A stretch of DNA of 64,000 nt from Ginglymostoma cirratum. Lineage: Eukaryota. Below the pieces are notes generated by a model. That model was given only the letters and a program-made list of their open reading frames with translations. It was not told where the DNA came from and made no database searches. Positions 1 through 10,190 of the stretch are shown one piece after another. The position numbers and the translations under genes are program-made. The stretch spans positions 11,313,676 through 11,377,675 of the forward strand of contig JAHRHZ010000004.1 of the NCBI GenBank assembly GCA_024137785.1, written 5' to 3'. Each line of letters begins with the position of its first letter. Positions within the stretch are counted from its first letter, which is position 1.

Positions 1-43
1 GCTTGGCCTGCTGTGTTCATCCAGCTCTACACCTTGATATCTC
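1..43 (+). mobile_element. 3' end of a Penelope-derived terminal repeat (pLTR) arm; the element continues off the left edge
   Basis: gcttggcctgctgtgttcatccagctctacaccttgatatctc is near-identical to the arm ends at 15711-15751, 46136-46176 and 56238-56280. Confidence 0.85.
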
Positions 44-44
44 A

Positions 45-1080
45 GTAGCTAGGAAGATGTTTGTTCATATGCAGAAGATAGGGTGGGGTAGGGGGTAAGG
101 AGTAATAATAGTTTGGGTTGGAGTCCAAACAGAGAGAAGAGCAGCTAGACAAAGGAGTGAATGACGATCTGGCTAGGAGGGTGAATAGCTGTTAATGAGG
201 ACCGTTAGTGACTAATATTTGGTTGTATGTAATAGCAGGCTGTGTGATAACAAGGCCTGGTTGTGGGGGTTGGGGTAAGGACATGGGAGAGCTCAAGCCC
301 TAAAGTTATTGAATTCGATATTGAGTCTGGAAGGCTGCAGGGACCCCAGGTGGAATTTGAGGTGTTGTTCTTCCAGCTTGTGCTGAGCTTTACTGGAAGC
401 ACTGCAGCAAGCCTGAGACAGAAATGCTAGCCAGGGAACAGGGTGATGTGTTGAAGTGGCAGGCAACTGGAAGCTCAGGGTCCTTTTCTGCGAACAAAAC
501 GCAAGTGTTCTGTGAAGCAGTCACGTAGTCTTCACTTTATTCCCCCAATGTAGAGGAGACCACATTGTGAGCAGTGTATGCAACAAATTAGATTGTATGA
601 AGTGCAGGTAAAGTGCTGCTTCAGCTGAAAGGTAATTTTGGGCCCTTGGATACTGGGGAGGGAGGAAGTAAACAGACAGGCATTACACCTTCTGCGGTTG
701 CATCGGAAGGTGCCGTGAGGTGTGGTGGGAGTCAGAGATGGACCAGATTAAGGTGAGATAGAAATTGGAAGTGAAGTTGATAAACCAATTCCAGAGAGGG
801 AAGCAGCACCCATGATATCATAGATATATTGGAGAAAGAGTTGTGGGTGGGGGCTGGAATATGACTGGAACAAGGAATGTTCCATGTACCCTACAAAGAA
901 ACAGGCATAACTGGGTCCCATATGTGTACCAAAGGTCACCCTTCTGACACTAAGAAACTGAGAAGAGTTAAAAGAAATTTGTTCAGGGTGAGGAAGTGCT
1001 CGGCCAGGCAGAGGAGGCTGGTGGTGGATGGAGAAGATTCAGGTCTTTGTTCCAGAAAGAACCAGAGAGCCCAGAAACCA
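45..1080 (-). mobile_element. Degenerate Penelope-like retroelement (Neptune type): RT fragment, GIY-YIG endonuclease and 3' UTR
   Basis: Minus strand 748-939 reads GTHMGPSYACFFVGYMEHSLFQSY...QLFLQYIYDIMGAAS (PLE RT, YIDD decayed). About 490-610 reads TCTSYNLICCIHCSQCGLLYIGGIK*RLRDCFTEHLR (GIY-YIG with CxxC). The C-terminal KLEEQHL-like segment lies near 360-380. Stops are present, with an apparent internal deletion near 745. Confidence 0.9.
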
Positions 1081-1092
1081 ATTGTAAATCAA

Positions 1093-1604
1093 AAACAAAG
1101 CAGAAGTCGCTGGAAAAGCTGAGCAGGTCTGACAGCATCTGTGAAGAAAAAAATCAGAATTAATGTTTCAGCACCTCATTTTCCACCTCGGGGCCCTGAA
1201 GCCTTCCAGACTTGATATCAAATTCAATAGCTTTAAGGCATGAACTCTCCCATGTCCTTACCCCAACCGCCCACAACCAGGCCTTGTTACCACACAGCCT
1301 GCTATTCCATACCACCAATTATTAGCAACTAACAGTCCTCATTAACAGCTATTCATCCTCCTAGCCAGATCATCATCTACTGCTTTGCCTGTCTAACTGC
1401 TCTTCTCTCTCTCTGGGCTCTATTCTCACATTTTGTTCACTCCTTACCCCCTCCCACTATTCTATCTTCTGCATATGAGCTGACATTTTCCTTGTTACCA
1501 TCAGTTCTGAGGAAGGATCACTGGACCCAAAATGTTAACTCTGATTTCTCTCCACAGATGCTGCCAGACCTGTTAATCTTTTCCAGCAATTTCTATTTTT
1601 GTTA
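1093..1604 (+). mobile_element. Non-autonomous Penelope derivative: inverted pLTR arm, EN C-terminus/3'UTR, then pLTR with decayed hammerhead motif
   Basis: Arms ~1093-1171 and ~1527-1604 are inverted copies. 1172-1499 is a diverged reverse complement of 45-364. AGTT-CTGAGGA-A-GGATC-ACTG-GACCC-AAAA-TGTT-AACT lies at 1503-1540. Confidence 0.85.
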
Positions 1605-2049
1605 CAGATTCTCACATGCAGTTCTCCAATTCAGGAGGAAACAACATGAAAAAAGAGGTTCAGAGAAATTAGCAGCTAGAAATCATTTACTGAAGCTTCC
1701 ACCTCTTCTGGGACCCCAAACAGCTTCTGACTGCTGAAGCTGAAAAAAAACTACAAAGCTTGATCTGTGAGAGTGGCCAATCTTCTTCCATTGTTCCAAC
1801 TGTATTTAAAAACAAACCCAAAGGCCTCCTAAGTTAATTTCTTAAGCTGTTTTCAGTAACCAGTTGACCCCTCTGCTTTTACAACCTGTCTTCTAAAAAA
1901 AACCCAGGACAAAAATAACCTTTTTTAAAGTGGCAGCATTGTCATAATACTTAGTAAATATGTTTCATTCCAAATTATCTGGCATAGAGACTACAAAATA
2001 TAAAACATATCTATTCATCCTCATTCATATTTCCCTCAAATTCTTAACT

Positions 2050-5000
2050 TACTCTATCATTTTCGCATACTGGACAGTACATTTACATTTACATTATTTC
2101 TTCCAGCGTATGAACATCTTTCTTTTACGTTGAAATAAGAAGATCCATCTGAACAATCTAAACAACTTAGAAGAAGCTACATCTGAACTATTTAAACTTC
2201 TCAACAAAAATTAGTGAATTGTTGTCGTTTTTTTTTGGTAAATGAGTCTTCAAAATGTTGAAGAGCCAATAATAACCCTGTTTTTCTTTTCTACTGTAGA
2301 ATACTTATATTGTTTTAATTTCTGACAGAAGTACAACACCGGCTTCTTTATTCCCAATTTATCTTGCAACTCCCACAAGTCATTACCAACAAATCCCATT
2401 TAAAAGGTTTTGTAGATTCAGGAGTGGCCATCCTGTTTTATTTATTAGAGTTGTCTTTAGCTTATCGAAGGATCCTTGGCATCCTGCTGACCATACTAAT
2501 TCACATCTTCGTAACAGAATTGTGCTGAAGTTAGGCATGAATTTCCAGGGAATCCCTCACATGCCTGAAAATCTTTTAATTTTCCATTGAGTTTTAAGAG
2601 CAAAGAATCCTTTATGCATGCTATTCTTCATAGAATCACAATCCCTACAGTGTGGGAGTAAGCCATTCTGCCCTTCAAGTCCACGCCAACCCTCTGAAGA
2701 GCATCCCATCCAGATTCACACCACTGCCCTATTCCTGCATTTCCCATGGCTGATCTACCTAGCCTGCACATCCCTGGACATGGGATGGTCAATCCACCTA
2801 ATCTACACTTCTTTGGACTGTATGACGAAACCAGAGCACACAGAGAAAAACCCCCACAGGCACAGGGAGAATGTGCAAACTCCACACAGTCACCCAAGGG
2901 TGGAATTGAACCCAGCTCCCTGGCACTGTGAGCCACCAAACCTGCTGTATCCTTGGTAACTTACCTTTGAAAAGATTGATTGTAAGCCAGCTAACTTTAG
3001 TTTTCTAAACATGTCCTCTCATCTCTTTACATATACTTACCAGTGTTACAGTATCTCATAACACTATCTAAATAAATTACACAATTCAGCATTTTAGCTT
3101 TGACTTGACTCACACATCTATAGCTGGAGCTCTTTTTGAAACCCAAATGGTATCACTGATATTGAAAATAATCCATTTGGTATAATAAAGGCAGATATTT
3201 CTTTAGCTTTGAAGGCAGTGGTACTAGCCAGTAACCCTTCCTCAGATCAATGTTTGAAAAATTGAAGCACTGCCAACATTATTGATACGATGTTCCAACC
3301 AAGGAATTAATCTGCTTTTGTTACTGCGTTCACCTTTCGATAATCTATGCAGAATTCTGTTCAGCCATCTGGTTTAGGAACTAATATCATGAGTGAACTC
3401 CAACTGCTTTGGCTAGGGTCAATCAAGTATTTATCGAGCATGGATTGAATCTTCATTTCCAAGTGAGCTTGTCTTTCAAAGCTTAACAAAGAAGGATGTT
3501 GTTTCATCAATACTGGATCTCCTACGACCATATTATGTCTAGTTAACATAACACATCCAGCTATATCTCTACAGATTTCTTCGAATTTTCCGCAAAATCT
3601 TATTAAAGCTTCTATTCTCCTTCCTCTAAATATGTTAATACATCATCTAACTGTTCCATTATTCAATATTGGCTAATCAGATTGTGGCATGTTTGCTTTG
3701 TGGACTATCTACCTCTCCTTCTATCTCACTGTATTGTTGCTCTCTCCAGAGAGAGGAATAAGATCTTCCACACGTAGCTTCAGGACCCCAGCAATTGCAG
3801 AAAGCTAACACTAAAAATATTGGTTCTGTGGGAACATGACCTCACCCATTCAGGCTGCTTCTATTGTTCCAAATTAAAAAAAAAACAGAAGTCCTCACAA
3901 ACTGTTTACTTTATTGGTTTTGAGCAGACTGCCTGTCACCTCTGTCTCAACATTTCTTCATGAAAAAAAGGACAAAATGCACCTCTTGAAGCCATGGTAT
4001 CATCACACCAGTCACACTCAATTGAATATTTCTTCATAAACTGGTGTGTGTATTAAAGGTGCCAGTTTGACTATATGTTAAGGTTTCTCTACTACCTCAA
4101 AGGTATGGCATGCTTTACATAAATGCTTTATGTCCTAATGGCACTTTAGTGAAGTAAAATGCCTGTTTATTGGCGCTTAAGTTTTCTATATTGTTACGTG
4201 TTCTGCCATAAGAATTTCATGTGCAATGCATAACATCTCCTTAAGATATTTGGACAATAACACTATCTGATCAATAACCATTCATTCCTCATCTACAAAT
4301 CTGTGAAGATGTCTTCACTTCATCAGAACTCTGTTGTTAATAAAACAACACTTTGGAACTCCTTTAGTCTAAATTTCAGTGCAACCTAACTGAACTAATT
4401 TGCTTAAAAGTGATTTCAAGTAACAAAGATTTGTTGAACACTTTTCGTGAATCATCCCCATCTTTGTATACACCAACATTTGGTTTGCAGCATTAGTTTG
4501 ATCTCTGGTGATGAGTTTCGTTCAGCCATTGTGTGCCCTGATTACACACATGATGAAAAAAATAACTGGAACTTGTTCCTGTAACTCTTCCATCCTTTTA
4601 ACCTAACTTGGACTGTCTGTTATTATAGACCTAGCTATAACTTCCATTTATTCCACTTATTAGCACTTTGACGTTCATTGATCTCTCTAGAGTGAAAACT
4701 ATGTTCTTCTCCAACAAAAAAGAATTAGAGTAGTTTCTGTGTCACTTAATGTAGTTATGGATTTGGCTGCATTATTTCAGGAAATAGGAGTTACCTTTCC
4801 TTTTGGCAAAAAATATCTCTCAACTACTTGTATACCTCTCCTGTACTCGTGGCACTCTTTAGCTCCATATTCTTGATTGTAATTAAAAGCTAGAATTTGA
4901 TTTTTTGGTATTTTCCTTGCAAGTTCCTTTACTGGATTTACTTTTACAAGCCCCTAATAATCCCTTGGGCTTTGTTCATAACTTCCAGCATCTGAACAAA

Positions 5001-6000
5001 GTTGACCCCTTATATCTTAATTGGAACACAACAGTCGTCAATTTTCACCCTCAGAACACTCTTTTCTGCTTCAAGGAAGGGATCTTGGGGCATTCCCAGC
5101 TGTCTTTCCTTTACGCTGGCTGTGTTTGCCTTCCTTTCACTCTCTCATCCTCTATCCTTCTTGGATTGAAGGAAAAAAGATTTAGTTCTATGGATCAGCT
5201 CACAATCATCAGACACTACTGTTGTCTGTCTAGCAATTGCAACACTCTGGTCTTCAACATGAGCTCTTGTTACAAAAGGTAATGAGCTTTAAATTCTTCA
5301 TGAAGAATAATTTCCGAGAGCTTCATACATTGTATTTACTCCCTATGTCTACATCCATCTGTCAAAATTATTTCCCTTTATCTTTTCAAATTCAATGTAG
5401 CTTTGCTCAAGATGCTTCCTCAACTTTTGAAACTTTTGCCTGTATGCTTGAGGAACTAATGAATATGCACTGATAATAGCCTAAAATACAATGTCATAAT
5501 CCATAGAAACCTCCTCTGACAGAAATGCATAAATTTTAGGTGCTTACCTGTCTGCATGGACAATGTCCAGTTTTCATTCAGTTGTTCCATTTGTTTTGCT
5601 ATTTTCTCAAATGGCAAAAAGAATGGCTCCAAATCTGTTTCCTTATATTTTGGTCAGGCCAGTATATGTTTAAAAATTTCCCTACTACACTTTAGATTAT
5701 GATTAAGACTTTCCTCATTAGAGTCTTCTTTAGCATCCGGTCTTTTCTTAAAGTGCATCATTTTCAGCCAGTATTCCTGATCTCCTCTTCCATTTCCTTC
5801 TCCCCTTTTTTCTCTAGTTCTAGCTCTTTAAATTCTCTTTGACATGTGTTTTCTTTATTCTGAAATGTGTTTTTGTTCCTCTTCTCTCCGATGTTCAAGT
5901 TATTTTAATTTCTATCTCCTGCAGCATAAATTCCTTTCTATCTCAAGCTCCCTCAATTCTTCTTCATGTTTAAATTATTCCAAGGCAAGTGCCACTGGTA
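2050..6000 (-). mobile_element. Decayed Gypsy LTR retrotransposon, Gmr1-like domain order (gag/SCAN-like, PR, INT, RT, RNase H)
   Basis: Minus-strand translations: ~5520-5415 SEEVSMDYDIVF*AIISAYSLVPQAYRQKFQKLRK (gag); ~4250-4080 IAHEILMAEHVTI*KT*APINRHF...LCKACHTFEVVEKP (integrase H2C2); 3549-3310 [38 protein letters not shown] (RT start); ~2300-2250 YSTVEKE...LLLALQHFE (RNase H). Many stops; boundaries approximate. Confidence 0.85.
2628..2935 (-). mobile_element. HE1-like tRNA-derived shark SINE nested in the Gypsy element
   Basis: Pol III B-box on minus strand (gggttcaattcc, 2902-2913), central tgtgtggagtttgcacattctcc segment, and CR1/HER1-like 3' tail ending ...gattctat at ~2628. Confidence 0.85.
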
Positions 6001-6029
6001 GCACTGTAAACAACTTTTTGCAAAACTTT

Positions 6030-6235
6030 TCTGACGATCAAGGGTAGACTAAGAGGCCAGCTCTTGGCTGGGTTGGGAGTCAAAGTTTAAAAACAAGGGC
6101 ATGATCATTTAAAAAAGTGATGAGGAAACATTTTGTTTCTCAGATTTCAGATTAACCAGGACCTCATTGAATGACAAAATAGGCTCAAAAGATCAAATAG
6201 TCTATTGCTATACCTTGTTTGTATGTTTATGTGTT
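6030..6235 (+). mobile_element. CR1-type LINE 3' end fragment (old)
   Basis: ...aaaacaagggcatgatcatttaaaaaagtgatgaggaaacatttt... and tail aggctcaaaagatcaaatagtctattgctatacc resemble CR1 ORF2 end and 3'UTR. Confidence 0.6.
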
Positions 6236-6244
6236 TGAAATTTA

Positions 6245-7080
6245 TATCTTCTGACCTGCCCTTGAAGCCACACTGCAGTTATGGCTGGTTTGGTTGAATT
6301 TCAGGTCAATGGTAATCCTCAGTATGTATATAGTGGGGAGTTCAGAGAAGGTAATGCCATTGAACATGAAGGATTGATGGTTAAATTCTCTCTTGTTGGT
6401 GGTATTCATTGCCATGCATTTGTGTAGTGCAAGTATACCTTCCATTTATCAGACCAAAACTGGATATTGTCCAGATCCTGCTGCAAGTGATACGGATTGC
6501 TTCAGTACCCGAAGAGTTGCAAATAGTAAAGAACATTGAGAAATCATCTGTGAACATCCTGACTTCTGACCTTTATGATGGGACTGGAAGCTGATGAAGC
6601 AGCTGAAGATAATTGGGTTTAAAGCACTACCCCGAGGAAGTCCTGCATTGATGTCTTGCAGCTGAGATGATTAAACTCCAACAATCCCAAAATATGTGGC
6701 CTTTACACCACCTGAGCACCACTGCTATCTAAGCAGGACAAATGTAATCCAGCCAAGTACTGCCCTCTTAGTCTACTTTCGGTCATGAGCAAGATTATGC
6801 AAGAAGTTATTGACAGTGCTACTAAGTGGCACTTGCCAAGAAATAACTCCAGCAATCTCACCATCTTCCTTTATGCTTGGTTGACTCCAGCCTGTAGAGA
6901 ATTATCCAACTGATTCCATTTTCTTTGGGCTCTTTGATACAGTAAAAGTTGAAAGCAGCTTTGATATCTTTTACCTCATTGCTGTAATTCAACAATTTAG
7001 TCCATGTTCATTCCAAATCTGTAATCACTTCAAAACCCAAATAGTTTCAGAGGAAACCAAACTGAGTGCCAGTGAGCAGG
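6245..7080. mobile_element. Rearranged LINE (CR1/Crack-like) RT fragments
   Basis: Minus ORF 6242-6445 ALHKCMAMNTTNKR...FNGITFSELPTIYILRITIDLKFN is an RT C-terminal region, also seen on + at ~50285-50420. A + strand piece at ~6745-6850 resembles the PANYRPISLL motif. Confidence 0.7.
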
Positions 7081-7089
7081 TTGCTTTTT

Positions 7090-7355
7090 TCTTAATTCCT
7101 TAACGGGATGAGGGTGTCGCTGCCTAGGTAGTATTCATTGCCCATCCCTAATTGGCCAGAGGGCAGTTAAGAGCCAACCACATTGCTGTGGGTCTGGAGT
7201 TACATGTAGGCCAGGCCAGGTAAGGATGGCAGTTTCCTTCCCTAAATGACATTCGTGAACCAGATGGGTTTTTTCTGACAATCGACAATGGATTCATGAT
7301 CATCATTAGATTCTTAATTCTAGATATTTATTGAATTCAAATTCCACCATCTGCC
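7090..7355 (-). mobile_element. Shark SINE (family also at 44260, 57283, 62194)
   Basis: High similarity to 62194-62520 (ttgcccatccctaatt...gagggcagttaagag...ggtctggag...ccaggtaagga.ggcagtttccttccctaaa). Confidence 0.85.
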
Positions 7356-8324
7356 TTTTTAAATGGTCACCCCCTTGTTTTTAAACTATGACTCCTAGTT
7401 GCAGATTTTTCCACAAGAAGAAACGTCCATTAAATATCTAGCCTGTCAAGTCCCCTCAGGATCTTTTATATTTCAGTTAATGTACCTCCATCCCTTATAA
7501 ACTCCAACGGATACAGACTCGACTGTCTAGTCTTTTCTCATAAGGTAAACCATTCAGACCAGGTTTTAATCGAGTAAACCTTGTCAAAACTGTTTCCACC
7601 AAGTTAACATCCTTCCATATATACAGTAACCAGTACTGTATACAGTGCTCCAGACGCAGTCTCACCAATGGCCTGTTATAACTGAAGCATCACTTGTCCA
7701 CTCTTGTACCAATTCCTCTCACAATTGAACAGAAAATTTTGTTGGTTTTCCTGATTCATTTCTGTACCTACATACTGACCTGTGATTCACACACTGATCC
7801 CACTGCATCTCAGAGCTCTGCAATCTCTTGCTATTTTGATAGTATGCTTCATTTTATTCTTTCTGCTAATATGGACAATTTCCCACTTTCCTATATTAAA
7901 TTAGATCTGTCAGAACCTTGTCCACTCACTTATCCTATCCGTGTTCCTTTGTAGTCTTCTTAGAATCTCCTTTTCACAAACCACTTTCGTACCAATTATG
8001 TGTCATCAGTAAATTTAGCTACAATACCTTGAATCCCATCATCCAAATCAAATACATAATTTGTGAAGAATCGAACACCAAGCGCTGTGGCACACCACTC
8101 ATGACATCCTGTCAGCCTGAAATGAATCACTTATTCCTACTCTCTGATTCCTGTTAGCAAACCAATCTTTGATCCATGTCAATACGTTATACCCTACAGT
8201 ATGAGATTTTACTTTCTGCAATAGCCTTTGATCTGGTACCTTATTAAATGCCTTCTGGAAATCTAAATACAACACATCAACTGGTTCTCCCCTTATCTAC
8301 AGCACAAGTTATTTCTGCAACTTG

Positions 8325-8530
8325 GAGATAGCAAGAACTGCAGATGCTTGAAGTCAGAGTCAATACAGTGTTTAGTTGGAGGAACACAGTGGGACAGGCA
8401 GCATCAAAAGAGCAGGAAAGTCAACATTTCGGGTCGGGTCCTGATGAAGGGTTCCAACCCAAAATGTGGTCTTTCCTGCTCCTCTGATGCTGCCTGACCT
8501 GCTGTGTTTCTCCAGTTCCATACTATATCA
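8325..8530. mobile_element. Palindromic Penelope-derived mini-element with hammerhead-like motif
   Basis: Tail ggagatagcaagaactgcagatgct, inverted arms ~8364-8432 and ~8455-8525, and CTGATGA-A-GGGTT-CC-AACCC-AAAA at 8441-8464. Confidence 0.85.
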
Positions 8531-8539
8531 AATTTACTA

Positions 8540-9072
8540 CTTCAACTGTGTGCAGTTTTGGTCACCCTGCAATAGGAAAGATTTTGTTAAATTGGAAAGG
8601 GTGCAAAAAAAATTTACAAGGATGTTACCGAGACTGGAGAGTTTGAGTTATAAGAGAGGTTGACTAGGCTGGGACTTTTCTCCCCAGAGCGTAGGAAGTT
8701 GAGGATGGAGGTTATAGAGGTTCATAAAATCATGAGAGGCAGAGATAAGGTGAATAGAAAAGGTGAATAGGGTAGGGGAGTTCAAAACTAGAAGGCACAA
8801 TTTTAAGGTGAGAGGGGAAAGAATTCAAAGGAACCTAAAAGGCAACTTTTTCACACAGTGAGCGATTTGGATGTGGAATGAAATGCCAGAGAAAGTGATA
8901 GATGCAGGTGTAGTCACTATATTTAAAGGACATTTGGACAGGTATGTGAATAGGAAAGATTTAGAGGGACATGGGCCAAATGCATGCAAATCAGACAGGT
9001 TCAGTTTGAGAAACCTGGTCAGGATGGATGAGTTACACTGAAGTGTCTGTTTCCATGCTCTATGACTCTATC
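8540..9072 (+). mobile_element. CR1/HER1 LINE 3' fragment
   Basis: CVQFWSPCNRKDFVKLERVQKKFTRMLPRLESLSY (CR1 ORF2 C-terminus), with a 3' tail ending ctatgactctat. Confidence 0.92.
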
Positions 9073-9394
9073 AATTAGTTCAATGTGATTTCCCAGGTTG
9101 GCTCTGTCTGATTACATTGAACTTATCAGGGTGTTCTGCTATAACATTTTTAATAATAACTTCTCACATTTTCCCCATGACATATGTTAAACTAAATGGC
9201 CTGTGGTTTCCTGCTATTGTCTCCTTCCTGTTAGGATAAAGGAGGTACATTAGCTATATTCTAATCTAAAGGAAACTTCCCTGAATCTAATGAATTTTGG
9301 AAAATTAAGAGCAATGCATCAATTATTTCTGGCTATTTCTTTTAAGACCCGAGGATGAACAAATAACTTAGTTATTTCTTCTCCAATACCAGTC

Positions 9395-9900
9395 CATCAT
9401 TTACAAGGCGTAAGTCAGGAGTGTGGTGGAACACTTTCCACTTCCCTAATGGGTGCAGCTCCAGCAGCACTCAACAAGCTGAACACCATCCAGGACAAAG
9501 CAAGCCCACTTCATTCGCACCCATCCACCACCTTCGCTCTCTACACCACCACCAACTCACAGTATCAGCAGTGTGTACCATCCAAAGATGTACTGTAGGG
9601 TCCCTCAATGGCACTTGCTAAACCTGTGAGCTGTACCATCTAGAAGGATAAGGGCAGCAAATACATGAAATAAATATACCATCTGCATGTTACCCCAACA
9701 TGCACCACCCTGACTTGGAACTATATCATTAGTCCTTCATTGTGGCTGGCTCAGAATCCTGGAGCTCCCTTCCAAATAGAGGGTGTTCCCACACTCTGCA
9801 GGACTGCAGTAGTTCAAGAAGGCAGCTCACTACCTTATCCCAGGCAATGAACAATAAATGTTTGCCCAGCCGGCAATATTCACATTCCTTAAAACCATTT
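9395..9900 (+). mobile_element. LINE (CR1/Crack-like) 3' end fragment
   Basis: Homologous to 50520-51010 (tacaaggc.taagtcaggagtgtggtggaa... ccctgacttggaactatatc...tccttca). Its 3' tail resembles that of the 7090-family SINE. Confidence 0.75.
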
Positions 9901-9984
9901 TTTAAAAAATCATTCACTACCACTCTGTTCTTGTCAACGGAAGATCTCCCCCCTTGAGCGTGATATTGATTATAGGTGAAGACT

Positions 9985-10190
9985 AAAATAAAATCAGAGG
10001 ATTGCTGATGCTAGAGATCTGAAGTGAAAACAGAAAACGCTGGAGTGACTCAGCAGTTCTGGCAGCATCTATGGAGAGAAAAACAGAGTTAACGCCGGAG
10101 TGCGAAATGAACACGAACTGAGTTCCACATAAAGTCATAAGGGGCTAGAAAAGTTACCTTTGTTTCTCTCTCCACCGATGCTGCCATAGT
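9985..10190. mobile_element. Old palindromic Penelope-derived mini-element
   Basis: Arm ...ggcagcatctatggagagaaaaacagagttaacg and inverted arm ...tgtttctctctccaccgatgctgcc, with a tail at the left. Confidence 0.75.

Larger units (their letters stand above)
7360..9360 (-). mobile_element. Old CR1 LINE ORF2 remnant, interrupted by nested insertions at ~8325-9072
   Basis: Minus strand near 8240-8285 reads VDVLYLDFQKAFNKVP (CR1 RT motif). CR1-like sequence continues at 7360-8300 and 9075-9360. Confidence 0.75.

Noticed and set aside
2895-2935. tRNA-like B-box
   Set aside because: Part of a SINE head; no full cloverleaf
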